DNA from: Haliotis asinina | Taxonomy: Eukaryota | DNA length: 64,000 bases | NCBI RefSeq assembly: GCF_037392515.1 | Contig: NC_090294.1 | Span: 7,393,870-7,457,869, forward strand | Reading direction: 5' to 3' | Shown: positions 45,953 through 58,403 of the stretch, in pieces | Position numbering within the stretch: the first letter of the stretch is position 1 | Layout of the letters: each line of letters opens with the position of its first letter | Translations under genes and position numbers: made by a program | The notes under the pieces: generated by a model | What the model was told of the DNA's origin: nothing | The model's database searches: none | Seen by the model: the letters and a program-made list of their open reading frames with translations, nothing else

Positions 45953-46744
45953 GTGAGTTCTCAGCTTCAGAATACTTTAGAGGATATTTGTTCCAGAACT
46001 TTGTGAACTCCATGTAAAAGAAAAGGCATTACAAGTCATTTTGGTCACTTTGTGGACTTGGAACAAGGTAGGAGGTTTGAATGGACAACCAATGAAGTAT
46101 TGTCATGTGTTGTTACAACTCTTGCTTCTGTTTGCTTCTCATTCATTCTAAGACACTGATCTGTAATCTCATTTGCATACTCAAAAATATACTTTCAGTA
46201 ATTTTCTCTCGTTCAGTGATTGTGTATAATTACTGAAAATTACAGAGTGAAATGGGCATTAGGCATGATCGCTGAAAATTTCAGTGATTATATAATCCCA
46301 GAGTATACTTGTTTCCCGTATCATGTACAAATGGGCCTCCCTATATTATCAGGTCAGTATTTCTCTTTCATTATGTGTTTCTCGGAACTTTCTCCACATT
46401 TTCCTGGCCAGTACTGCCACCATTGTATAGTGGATAGAGGGCGTTCCCAGGGAACAGAAGGTAACTGGTTCTGTGGTATTTATTGTTGCCCTGACTCATT
46501 TTGGGCGTTGAGAGACTAGGACAAGACTGTTTGATTGGCCATTCATGCTAAACTGCAGCAAGGTATTTTGTTGGGCTTGCAATGTAGTCCAACATTAATT
46601 TGGACAATGTAAGCATAAGCACACATAAATGCTCACAGACATACGGGTAAATTAACTTTGTTCCTATGGCAGGTTTTGTGTTGAGTGTTTTAACCTCTCT
46701 TTAAGTAAAAGATGTAGCCATATTTGACCTGTATCTTGGGGTAG

Positions 46745-46905
46745 AGGGTAGTGTAGTGGTTAAAGCATTCACTCGTCATGCAGAAGACCTGGGCTCAATT
46801 CCCCACATGGGTACAATGTGTGAAGCGCATTTCTGGTGTCCCCCGCCGTGATATTGCTGGAATATTGCTAAAAGTAGTCTATAACTAAACTCAATCCTCT
46901 CTACA
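46745..46905 (+). mobile_element. tRNA-derived SINE, head type, near full length, plus, in TEP1 intron 51
   Basis: Reads gggtagtgtagtggttaaagcattcactcgtcatgcagaagacctgggctcaattccccacatgggtacaatgtgtgaagcgcatttctggtgtcccccgccgtgatattgctggaatattgctaaaagtagtctataactaaactcaatcc. Confidence 0.7.
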
Positions 46906-47011
46906 ATTCTGAATTAAAGCAAAATATGAATGCATCACTAACAGAAGATGCTCTTTTGTTTGGTAGGTTTTTTCATCACCATGGAAACTGATATCTTTTC
47001 TTTGTTCACAG

Positions 47012-47218
47012 GTCAAGTACAGTAGTCCAGCAGTGACCAAAATGATGATGTTTGTGGACAGCTCCGAGCTGGACAAACATATCCCTCCTCACAAACGTAC
47101 CAAGACATGGGTGTTAGATGTCATGCAATGGGGGACAATTGTGTACTGCGTTGACTCCAAGGGTCAGATAACTGTGGCTAACAGAAACCAAGCACCCGAC
47201 ACCTGGAAAACAGTGAAG
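47012..47218 (+). CDS. TEP1: TEP1 exon
   Basis: Encodes VKYSSPAVTKMMMFVDSSELDKHIPPHKRTKTWVLDVMQWGTIVYCVDSKGQITVANRNQAPDTWKTVK. Acceptor tttgttcacag, donor GTATTG. Phase 0/0. Confidence 0.7.
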
Positions 47219-47710
47219 GTATTGAAAAATAAAATCATTGCTTTCTTTTCAAATGTAAAATGTTTTGGGGGATATCTGTCCGAGGATAACTGATAAAAGA
47301 CTAATGTGGGGCGAGATAGGAGAGAGTTTGATGGTCCACAGTCAAGTAAGTCCTCTCTCAGTGGCGAGGGAATATTGAAATACAAGATCTTCTCTACGTA
47401 TAATCTAACTGTTTGGGATTTTACAGGGGGCTTGGTTATTTATTTTCAGTCGGTTCTAGATTGTACTGGACAAATAATCATTTGGGTTCAGGTTAAGTCT
47501 AATTTTAGTACAATGTACAGGACATATTGGAAGTCCAGAAAAAAAAATTCATTGAAAGGTTTTTGAGTATTTTATAAATTCAAGGATGTAAGTTGAGCAG
47601 CATTGGTGTGTCAGGCCCATGTCAGTGACTGTTGCTATGGTTGTTGCTGTCTAAATGTGTGAAACCCATTGACATGGAAATAATAATTTGTTATGGGATG
47701 TTTGTTCTAG

Positions 47711-47812
47711 ATTCATGCAGAGGCCATCACCAGCATCATGGCTGTGGCAGGATGTATTTTCACAGCGTCCGCCGACCACACAGTCAAAGTGTGGAGGGAA
47801 GATCTGACTCAG
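47711..47812 (+). CDS. TEP1: TEP1 exon, C-terminal WD40
   Basis: Encodes IHAEAITSIMAVAGCIFTASADHTVKVWREDLTQ, matching human IHSGSVTALHVLPELLVTASKDRDVKLWERPSMQ. Donor GTAAGG. Confidence 0.9.
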
Positions 47813-48685
47813 GTAAGGACGTAACCAATCTGTTTATGGCTGTTGTTAATACATCCCAGTTTTAAGGGGGATTCTCATAAGAGATGCAAACCTTTATGAT
47901 TTTATCGTAGACACTACAAGTTTTAGCCTCAAACTACGCCAATACAACTGCACCAGAAATTCTACAAAATAAGAAAATTTTGACATATAGACAAAAACGT
48001 ATATTTTTGTTGATTAAATGTGAGTTCACTTACTTGCCATTCATCAAGTTTGACATGTGTGAACTGGAATCATTGCAAGTTACAAATGTAATTTTAGCAA
48101 AATTGTCTATCAGAAATCTGAAGCTGATTTCATCCATTTGATCCATTTACTGAGTATCGGCCAAATATTACTGAGTTAACCACCTGACTGTTCCTTCCAT
48201 TCAATTATACAAAATCAGTATGTGAAATTAAAACTTTGCACTTGACTAGTGCCATACTATCTTTCTCAGAATCCATCATGATTTTAAGTAATTTGTCAAC
48301 TAATTTATGGTCAAACTACTAATTTTCTTCCTTGAAACTACTGTTTTCAACACTTTGAGGTTGGCACCTCTGGTCATTCCAATAACCTGAGGATGTTAAT
48401 TTTGTATAGAATGACAGTTTAAGGTATTCTTAGTCAACAAATCTGCAGTCCCAGAAGGGTGATCAGCTGAGGACCCGGGTTCTCCAGGGTTTATTTTTTA
48501 TTTTTTTTTTGGCAAATACAAGAGGCAATGGGTTGCTACGTAAAATTTCTACATCATTCATATTGATATAGTTTTTTTCTAAACATATGTCAGATATGAT
48601 AGGAATAATGTAACATGACAAGTGAACAATGTTACTTCTCACAAGAATATCTTGTGAAGCAAAGCATTATGTTTTCTGTCCTCAG

Positions 48686-48820
48686 ATTGGTCAGTTCTTC
48701 TGTCCAGCACCAGTGACCAGCATGACACTTGCTGGAACAGTCAGCAGGAGCCCTGTGTGTGTCCCTCTGATGTGTGGTGACCAACTGGGCAACGTCCACC
48801 TCCTTACATGGCGGCAGTGA
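48686..48820 (+). CDS. TEP1: TEP1 terminal coding exon, stop TGA at 48818-48820
   Basis: Encodes IGQFFCPAPVTSMTLAGTVSRSPVCVPLMCGDQLGNVHLLTWRQ*, matching the human C-terminus LLGLFRCEGSVSCLEPWLGANSTLQLAVGDVQGNVYFLNWE*. Confidence 0.9.
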   Translation: MGQFFCPAPVTSMTLAGTVSRSPVCVPLMCGDQLGNVHLLTWRQ

Positions 48821-49090
48821 AATGACCATACTACACCAGCTGAACTGTCTTCTACTTAAAATTTCCTTTCATTATAGTCTTCATTGCTGTACCATGTCTT
48901 CAGTTCAATTCCAGTAGAATTGTTTTCTTTACATTTTATCCTTAAATTGTTATTGCTTTCTCAATGCTGCTGTGATGAACCTGAATGTTATGTAAAATGT
49001 TGTTGTGTAAATAATTGACATCATGGTTGGTATTTCATGCAGTTTAAATACTGTGGTGAAAACAATACTCAACCTTCCCATGTGTTTATC

Positions 49091-49096
49091 AATAAA
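49091..49096 (+). terminator. TEP1: AATAAA, candidate TEP1 polyadenylation signal about 270 nt after the stop
   Basis: Reads caataaattg. It is the first canonical hexamer downstream of the stop codon. Confidence 0.3.
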
Positions 49097-51479
49097 TTGT
49101 ATAATTGGTACTCATAATTAAGCAATGTAAATACAATGTAAATATGTCTCCTCATGTATACACATTACAACAAGGTGTTGTATTTTTCTTGTATTTATGT
49201 AATATATCTGTTGTGTGTTTGACATGCTTTGATACACTCATATCTTAACCTTTAGCAGGCAACAAATTATTTTTGGCTGTGAATGTGTATTAGTAAATGT
49301 ATCACTGCACACACTGAAAGTAATCATTGTATATACCACCATACCAAAACATCTGTAACATACCCATGGCAACCATTAATTAGTTTATTACAGCTTTCCT
49401 ACATTTGTAAACAAGGTACGAGTCAAGTTATGCAGCACTTTCACAAGCTTGTAGCGATTAGGATTGCTGGTACGAAACACAGGATGACAGTGTTGTATGT
49501 TGTTTTTCATGTGTAGCTCAAATTCAGTTTTACTAGCTGCAAATCCCAAGGATGAAAAAATGAAATGAGATAATCAAAATACATTTTCTAATCTTGATCA
49601 GAATTATGTAATGTATTTATTAATTCAGTAGTTTAAGTGATGGCTTATCCACATCAGAATTTTAGTTTGTGTACAAACACTTAGATTTGTTTATGTTTTC
49701 ACCATGATTGAAGTGTGGTATCTTGTGTTGTATATATGATGTATCTATATTCTATAATGACTGCAGTATCTGATAGCTGAGACACATGTACTTGTATATA
49801 CGATATTTAGCCCAAACTATACTTTCACTGCCTGCGCAGGGTTTTGTCCGTTTTAGACATAAGTATATTTCATGTGATGAAAATGCCTGTTAAACCACCA
49901 AAATACGCATAAAGTCTAATGACTGTAGGATTCACTGAATATGGGGAAGATTAGTTTTGAAATCATACCAACACATCTGTTAAATATTCATGGCAACCAT
50001 ATGTTAGTTAGTTCACATTAGCATTCCTACATTTTTAAACTTGGTATGAGACAGTTGTGTATATATATTGCAGCATGGCGGAACTTTGCACTTTGTATAT
50101 AATGTACCAGTATTCTAGGGCTGGGATGGGTGGAAAATTTGGACCAGTCCCAGCTCTGCTGTATTCATGTGTGCAGTGTGGAGTCAAACTGACCCTGCAA
50201 GTAAGGTATAGAGGGATTTGGTCCTTGTTACAGTTAATATGACGAAAACCACCAGATAAATTGTCGTAACTATAAAACTGGGGATGTTTCAATATAAGTA
50301 GTTTGCATTTAGTAAACATCTGAAAAGAACGATTTACCACATTTGTGGTTTTCAGAATTGACATTTCAGGTCTGTGAAATGTAGACATATTCACAGGTTG
50401 AGTTTCTTCCTTTCCTTTTTCTATTTTCCTTTATTTTATCATGGTTGTTTTGTTTTTTTTAAAATGGTGGGTCAAAATTGACACATTTGTTTACAATCTT
50501 TTTTCAGTCATCTGTTCAACTCTATTAGATTTATGCTGTATTAACAGGTCAAAACTAGTAAATACTAGAGTTCTTTCATTTTCAATCTGCAGCATGCTTA
50601 ATTAACTATATATTGATGGCCACCGTTTGATATGTGAGCTCAAGTTATTGCAGTACAAACTGCCTGCAGTGTTTTGGCATGTTTCCTCTGCTGATTTTAC
50701 GTCAAGATGTTACGATTATTACTATAGATGCCTGGGGTAGTAATTTGTTGGTATGTTCATACTAAGTTGTTTATTGGTTCAAATGAAGGTAAATTCAGAA
50801 ATAATTCAAACTGAATTTCAGTATGTTGTCCAAAATTAATAGTTAAACACACTTTTAACCTTCAGTAAATAGGAGATATAGGTGGTATAATTTATGGATT
50901 TCTTAAACGATAAAGGTATACTAATCCAATGAAAAAGCAATTGCATTTAAATCTCCATGAAATGGAGTTATTTTAAGACATATTTCCAGAATGGAAGTAA
51001 CATACTTACTGGTCGGATGATTGCTTTCATATGAAGAGTATATACATCAGAGTTGTGTTTTTTTTGTCAGTTAACTTTTCTGAGTCCATGGCAAGGTAGA
51101 GGTTTTGTTTGGGTAAATACAATAATCTGTCCCATCTTCCGTCAATACCAAAATGTATTTTACAAGAAAAGGGGCGGGAGAGTGATTAAACGGTGATCAG
51201 TCTGATGTAACACCTTCACATAAAGTTCTTCCGTAACAATTGTTCAGGTGCACCACCTATGTTGTGATGCATATCTTTCTCGGCTGGCTGTCTCGTGTAG
51301 AACATGAGCCCAAGGCTGTGACTGAATCTGTGAACTGTGCAATAGTAAGAACTTCATATACAATAAACTCAAAATATAAAGTAAACTTTTAGTGTTTGTC
51401 ATTACTTCAGAACCTCTGTTTATAATGTCATCAATATTATTATGACACGACTGAATACAACATACTGAATGTCTCAAGC

Positions 51480-51900
51480 GTAGCATAATGGAACAAGGTT
51501 CAACATTGCTAAGCTGCTACAGTGACAAGTGTGAGCGTGATTTAGGTGAGGTGAGGTAAAATGGTCTTTAGCATCACACCTAAGAATATTTCGCTCATGA
51601 CCATGTGTACGTACGTGTGGGTGCTCATATTGCCTGGACTTAAGATGGTTTTATGGCGCTGGCTAACTGAGATACCATGCAACAGTTAATACATGAATAC
51701 CCTGCTTGGACATATTCTACTGACTCTGAGCCAACCAGTCCTTGCTGTACCCATTAATGCTGAGCACCAGGCAAGGACCAACAAAGTACCATACTTTACT
51801 GTCTTTTCGGTATTACACTGATGGATGTCAAACCCCAAACCTAGATTCCTCCCTTTAGGTAGACAATGCAACCACCACACCACACAGGTGGTCCATGACT
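51480..51900 (-). mobile_element. Family B SINE-like element, related to 11440-11800
   Basis: Shared blocks aagaatatttcgctcatg, gtacccattaatgctgagcaccagg and a terminal caaccaccacaccaca. Confidence 0.4.
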
Positions 51901-52534
51901 TGTGTGGTTTGATCTTACAACGCTTGATTAATACTGGTGTATTACAGTGTGCAACCATACTGAATTATACAGTCTGTTTGCAGTGAAAACATACTGATGA
52001 ATTTCACTTCAAACCAAAAATTATATCAAATAAAATGAAACTAAGATTGCAAATCTCATAATTTTGATATGCCACTTTAAGGTATCAATCTCAGAATTTT
52101 ATTCAGGGGGGTATGCAGCACTGAAACCAAGTGGGATTGGTCTAAGTTAACATACATCACATACAGCTCATGAATTTGTTTCACTTTTCCAACTACTGCG
52201 CTTAATACAAACCAACAATAACGATTTGAACTGTTTGATAAACAACTTTAACTCTGGGATGAATAAAATTCTGAGACTTAAATTTTCAGTTGGGAAGGTA
52301 AAATTATGAGGATTCACAATCTTAATTTTTCTATATTTGGTTTACTTTCCTATGTAAGTGAAATTCATCAGTACATTTTCACTACAGACTATACAAGCTG
52401 CACTTAACCCACATATAACATACATACCCCACTTTAACACATGCAGACTTCCAGTTACCAGACCTTGCTCCATCCCTTTGAGCCAGTTGAGTTTTATACC
52501 ACTTACAGCAATATTCCCGCAATATCATGATGGG

Positions 52535-52635
52535 GGGAGAAACCAGAAATGGGCTTCGCACATTATACCTGTGTGAGGAATCGAACCAGGATCTTCAGCA
52601 TGAACTCTTTAACCACTAGGCTACACCCTTTCCTC
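52535..52635 (-). mobile_element. tRNA-derived SINE, head type, minus
   Basis: Reverse complement reads gggtgtagcctagtggttaaagagttcatgctgaagatcctggttcgattcctcacacaggtataatgtgcgaagcccatttctggtttc. Confidence 0.6.
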
Positions 52636-53124
52636 ATCCCTTTATGATGAGGCAGCAGAGTAACAGAAAGTGCCATGTACAAATTCTCTTCTAGTACAAA
52701 GTGACAGGTGATCAACTCACAGTCCTTATGCCCTCCAGATATTGTGAAGTCCACATGATATGGTCGAAATTCCATTCATACTGTGTTCCCCTCTCCATTG
52801 AGGAAACCTAATTGCCGACTAGTTGGATAGGTGAATGATTTTAAGACCACACTCTAAACTATCACTAAATGGCAACAATCTGTAAATACTTTAATCTGGA
52901 CCAGTAAATCCAATGATCAAACTTGTGAGCAATGATCAACGCCAACAAGAAAACATGCCAGGCACAAAACAAGTCACAGTCCTGACCACCCGACCCCTTA
53001 AGCAATGTCATTTGACCAGCCTTGATGTATCAAGGGATCAGTTCCACCCCAGAAATCCCCAAAGGGGATGATGGGTGAGTGAGCAACATGGGCTTTACAC
53101 TGCTTGTATTCACACAATATACTG

Positions 53125-53265
53125 GCAGGGGATCCCAGAAATGGGATTCACACATTGTACACACGTGGCAAATCTAACTAGGTCTTTGACAAACACCACC
53201 ACCATATAACTGGAATTTTGCTGTGTGTGGTGTAAAACTAAACTCACCCTTTGGCAAGCACTTGA
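53125..53265. mobile_element. Chimeric SINE fragment: a minus-oriented head joined to a plus-oriented tail
   Basis: Reads gatcccagaaatgggattcacacattgtacacacgtgg, then ...ccatataactggaattttgctgtgtgtggtgtaaaactaaactcaccc. Confidence 0.4.
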
Positions 53266-54548
53266 ACCACAAGGCATGTGCACACAAGATTCCAAAAGCT
53301 AGGAGTTTTACGAACACAAAGCATTTTTCCCTGCCATCCTACCACCAACACTGTTATGTTACAAGTGAGCAGTTCAAGGGTCTGCTCTTTCCTGGAGTCA
53401 GCAAGTTGTACATGCAACACAACTCTTACAACACAATATATCAAACTACATGCATCTCAACACAAAGCAACACATTTTGTTCATAGTAGTAGCCCCAACT
53501 GTCAATAATAACAAGACTAACTGTTACACAAGACATTTTAATGACGAACAAAATACTACGTAGTCATACTTAATATCAACATTACATTCATCAAATAAGT
53601 TCACATTTGTTATAATGCTTTATAATTAATGAAATTAAAGTAAAGTGTCCTCACAAGGCTTTACTCAAGGATAAATTCAACCAATACTTCAACTCGGAGG
53701 CCCTGTGACTGAATGTCTGACCGTCAGGAGGCATAACGTTCAGCAGCATAATGTGATGATATAATTGTGGAACGTAGCACCACAAACATAAACTTGGTGA
53801 TTGAATATATTGGTGCACATAATAAGGCAAACAAGGAAATTTCTAGGGGCTTTTGTTTCAAGACTAGTGTATTCCACATTTCACCAGTCAATTATGCTTC
53901 AAGCTTATTTGTAAAGGAGAAAAATATTCACAACTCTTTGAGCCCTGTTCGGTTCCAATTTGTGTATGACTGACAGATCAAAATTGGTTCAGAATTATAG
54001 CCCTGAATCGCTACCAACCCACGACAACCACCATCATTGGCCGTGCTCCAAATCATTAGCAGCCTTCCCTTAGGAATGTGAAGGCAAACGTTACTTCCTC
54101 AGATCATGGATTTACTTGGCTGCTTTTATCCATTCTAATATTACTAATAATATTTCTCCAGGAGAAAAATCAGGGTGCACTATTACTCAGGTCACAGTAA
54201 CCTTATCATTTTGCAACATCAGCATTATTCTGTGCTGCAAGTGATAAAAGAATGTTTGACCGATGTGATAAAAAATGGCTCAACATGACAAGCTGATTTA
54301 CAAGTCCAGTTTTCAGATACAAAAAGCTATGACCAACATTTGAATCTATAGCCCCTGTATGAGTCGAATCCTGATCTCTACATGGCAGATTCTTCATTCA
54401 TCAATCCCCATTCATGCATAACCAAACAACTACCACAGCATTTGCCCATAGAACCAAGCAATAACTGCATTCAATGTGTCACATCTCTGCTCTTTCTTGG
54501 AACACAATTCCTCCCAGACAGGAATGTCAAGACATTTCATCCGCTGTT

Positions 54549-54674
54549 TCACATGGGAGCAGGGAGGTCCTTCACACTTCCGAAGCACTCGTCGTACGTG
54601 TCTTGGTAATCATCGTGAGGTTTGATCAACACCATGCAGAGCTGGCGGTGAGAGTTGAGGGCGGAACCCAGATC
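54549..54674 (-). CDS. NHP2: NHP2 exon 4 (last), with stop codon
   Basis: Minus-strand acceptor ttcatgtacacag. Encodes DLGSALNSHRQLCMVLIKPHDDYQDTYDECFGSVKDLPAPM*, matching human DLGAAAGSKRPTCVIMVKPHEEYQEAYDECLEEVQSLPLPL*. Confidence 0.85.
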   Translation of the reverse strand, partial: DLGSALNSHRQLCMVLIKPHDDYQDTYDECFGSVKDLPAPM

Positions 54675-55179
54675 CTGTGTACATGAAAACACATATAACA
54701 ACTGGACCAAGTGGAAAAGGTTCATTACATGATATAAAGACACTCTCGGCAACATTCAACTGACAGCAGTCAGACAATGATCAGGTAATCCAGAAACCAG
54801 TGATTGATGTCATGATCTATCTCGGGACCTGGGATAAACTAACATAATATTAAGAATGAGGACTATTTTTATGGGCATAGGGTTTCTTTATTCTGTATTG
54901 GCAATCTTATGACAGCCATCAGCTTATGAAGACCACACTTCTTTCATGTGACTAAAACCAAGGAGACAGGCAACATTACCAAATACATGTTTCTCGACAA
55001 TTTATGATAAATTTAACAATCACCGTTACAATCAGGAACAGTCAAAGAATAAATGTTGTCAGTATTTCAACTATAACACAGGACCCTGTGCTGACATGAC
55101 CCAGGCTGTATGGACATGTACAGCTTAGCGGAGGGCAACTTCCATGACAATATGATATAGACAGGAGACATGTACCCAC

Positions 55180-55285
55180 CTCTTTTGAAGGGACGTAGCA
55201 GTATGGAATATTGGCCTCCTCGCACATGATGGGCACATGGCAGATGACCTCCACTGGGCTCACATTGCCAGCTATTACCACCAGA
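55180..55285 (-). CDS. NHP2: NHP2 exon 3 (L7Ae fold core)
   Basis: Minus-strand acceptor ctgtttccag, donor GTGGGT. Encodes GLVVIAGNVSPVEVICHVPIMCEEANIPYCYVPSKE, matching human GIMVLAGDTLPIEVYCHLPVMCEDRNLPYVYIPSKT. Confidence 0.85.
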
Positions 55286-58200
55286 CTGGAAACAGAAGCA
55301 TGTAAAAACTGCTCTAGTTCACTCTCAACTAAACATTCCCTTCCTCAGGTATCAACCCACATGGCCCAATGCATTCTCTTCCCTCAAAGGTTACTCTTGC
55401 CACATCTTCCTATGTGACCGCTCTTCTAAAATGGCCCTTTCAATGTGTGAGTGTTCTGGATTCATGATGGTTTGTAACATGTTTACTGGATGCTTGGATG
55501 ATTATGGCATTAAAATAGGACCCAGAGAGTACAAATATGTTGAACACATAAAGAAAACTATCAGTTACAAAAGTTAATGGAGACACATTGACTGCATACT
55601 CAGTGGCTCAATGATCATCTGGAGCCATGTATGAAACGTAACTGTGAAGTGTGTCACTGATATCAGTTATAACAATGATCTGAGTCAGTGTCTTCCTCAT
55701 ATCTGAGCCTAAATAATGTATAAATGTTGCTCCATGACACAGCTAAAGCTGCAGTGTATCATTAAAACACATATCCAGACAATACTGTGATGTCCTCACT
55801 TGCTGGCTCAAAGTTTTATTGGCTGCTCAATCTTATCCAAAGAAACTGATATCTCTTCTCAGTGTATGAAATAGCATCTACTCGGCGGTCCATTACTTGC
55901 TAGTTACATGGTGGACTTACAGCTTTATTCTATAGCCATCCCTGTGTGCTGATACAACTTCCCAGGGTACACATTTGACCATGTCACTGACTACAGGAAA
56001 TTTTTGAAAAATGATTTACATTCGTGGTAACTAGATGATGTCTGTATAGTTCATGATCAGTCAAACCATAACTTCCACAGATCAACCTACCCATTTATCT
56101 TCTAGAGAAAATTTCAGTCAGTGAATAATGTTGTTGTTTTCTGATGGCTGTGATACTAAATGAATTAACAGTGACTACCACGTCATGGTTGTATTACATT
56201 TGCTTTTGTACATGTTTAAGTTTACCTCACTACAAGCAATTCATTAAGTCCATTCTTTTAACACAATTTCCAATATTTAATACAGGGCTGGTTACATGTT
56301 AACAGGGACGGCAACATTTTTAGTTATCAGCGCTGTTAGCTTCCTGTCTGTTTGTACGAGTTTCATACACCCATCGCAATCAGATTTAGTTGAGCAATCA
56401 GCGATATAGTTTCAAAAGGGATCATTCACAAGGCCCCGGTAATTTCCATATGCTTCGGGAAAACTAGAACCACTTCCCCAGCATGATGCGTGAACGTTAT
56501 GTCTAGACATTATCACATAATCCACTCCGGTCATGTAATTGCAGATCAATGGTGTCTCCACTCGTCTTTTTGACAAAGGACAAACTATCCATTAAATGTC
56601 CTAAGTGTCATATCAACAAATGCATCTTGTCAATTAATTCCTGCACATTATATTGCGCTAGTTTCTGATTTTCAGTTAAACATGATGTAATGAATCTTTC
56701 CTAAGCATGTTGATCAACTTCATGTCATGGTGGCTGTCATATTGAATTTAAGTCGATGTAATAGGAGATCGGAGAGGATAGAAAGATTTCACAAGAAATG
56801 GCAAATATGGCTGTATTAGAACAGAGGTTACGAAGGAAGATGTCACAGGAGTCACCTCTGTGGGAGGGGAATGGGATCATTGTCTCTGGTTCACGTATCA
56901 ACCCACTTCCACCAATACAGAGTAAAACAAAACAAAATTGTGTCCAGGCACATGGATGGTCCCTGTTGCTGTTGACAGTGTTCCTTCCATTGAGTGGGCT
57001 CTGGTGATTAATCTCTACAAAACAGTTCAATAATAAACATCTATGCAACTATGAGATGCAAACCTTTCAAGTCCCAATGAAACACATGAAAAAGCTTAAT
57101 CAATTGTGTTGGGCAGTTCTTGTGGAGAAGTGGATAGACTAAATCCCCTACTTCACTATCATAAGCATGTGATAAGAGAGAAATTCAATACAATATTTCT
57201 AAGTTCAAGTGTCTCTTAACATACAAAAAACTACAAAATACAAAAACATATTTTGAGAGTTTCTATAAATGACATATGTAAGCTAACTGAGTTTCGTGCA
57301 GTGTTTTTTGAGGTGAAGTGGATACAGTACACCCCCTGTTGTATGGGACAAACAGGATGAATGGAACCAAATTCAGCTAAGTACAAACATCTGTAGAAGT
57401 ACTTCAAACATCTGGAGAAGTAGAACACTTCATCCCCCGTAACACTACATTCAGAGCGAAATTTTACAAAATAAGTTAAAATGTCATTAAAATTGGAAAA
57501 ATAAATATATAAAATACAAAATCAAAATATGAGTTGTGCACATTTAGAGTCCACACAAACCTCATGTACAATCTAAATGAATTCCCTATTGTAGTTTTGA
57601 GAAGAAGCCGCTAACATACATCTCCCCTTTAAGACTATATTCAGAGAGAAATTCAACAAGATTTATGTAAGTTAAAATGTCATTAAAACTGAAAAAACAT
57701 ACAAAATTCTATATCAAAATGTGAGATGCCCACCTTTAGAGTCCATATAAGGCACATGTGTAATTTCAATAATTTCCATACAGTGGTTTTTGAGAAGAAT
57801 GTGATAATGTACACCCCCCTTTGTCCCCTATTACACTATTCTCAAAGAGAAAATCAACAAAACGTACCTAATATCAAATGTCTCCAAACTTATGAAAAAA
57901 AAAAAAATACAAAATCAAATATGAGATGCACGCAAGAGAATCAATGTACAAGTTCTTTGAAATCCATAAAGTATTTTTTTAGGAGAAGTGGATAACGTAC
58001 ACCACTCTTTGTCCACTATTACACTTTCATTACAGAGAAATTCAGAAAAATGTACCCAGGTTCAAATGTCTCTCAGCTTACAAAATATTCAACAAAATAA
58101 AAGAACAAAACATGAATTCAACACCATTAGAGTCCCAAGTGAGCCCATGTATAAGTTCCCTGAACTCCACAGCGCGTTTCTTTGTGGAGAAGTGGGTAAA

Positions 58201-58330
58201 GTTTCCCTGTTTCGCACTAACATAAAGATGCTTGGACGAACACGGTGGGTAACACTATATGCCGCCTATCATGCATATGGTAGGCGCATAAAATGAACAA
58301 CACAGATATCTGAATTATGAGTACACATAC

Positions 58331-58403
58331 CCTTTCTCCCCTTTGCGGATAGCCTTCTGTACTTCGCGAACTCCCTGTACAAGATGTTTGGGCTGCTTAT
58401 ATG
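58331..58403 (-). CDS. NHP2: NHP2 exon 2
   Basis: Minus-strand acceptor ctttcag, donor GTATGT. Encodes AYKQPKHLVQGVREVQKAIRKGEKG, matching human AVKQKQIRRGVKEVQKFVNKGEKG. Phase 1 in, phase 2 out. Confidence 0.8.

Noticed and set aside
50035-50394. 119-aa minus-strand ORF downstream of TEP1
   Set aside because: There are no recognisable domains. It overlaps the diverged direct repeat and is too weak to call.
2468-52635. tRNA genes at the tRNA-like sequences, for example at 9676-9750, 46745-46820, 29590-29672 and 11700-11790
   Set aside because: Each is followed by the conserved SINE body (gtgtgaagcccatttctggtg...) and tail. Their acceptor stems and T arms do not pair canonically. They are SINE heads, not functional tRNAs.
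56737-58296. Several ORFs of 65-103 aa inside NHP2 intron 2
   Set aside because: None shows homology or splice context. The real NHP2 exon 2, of 73 nt, lies at 58331-58403 and is too short to appear in the ORF track.
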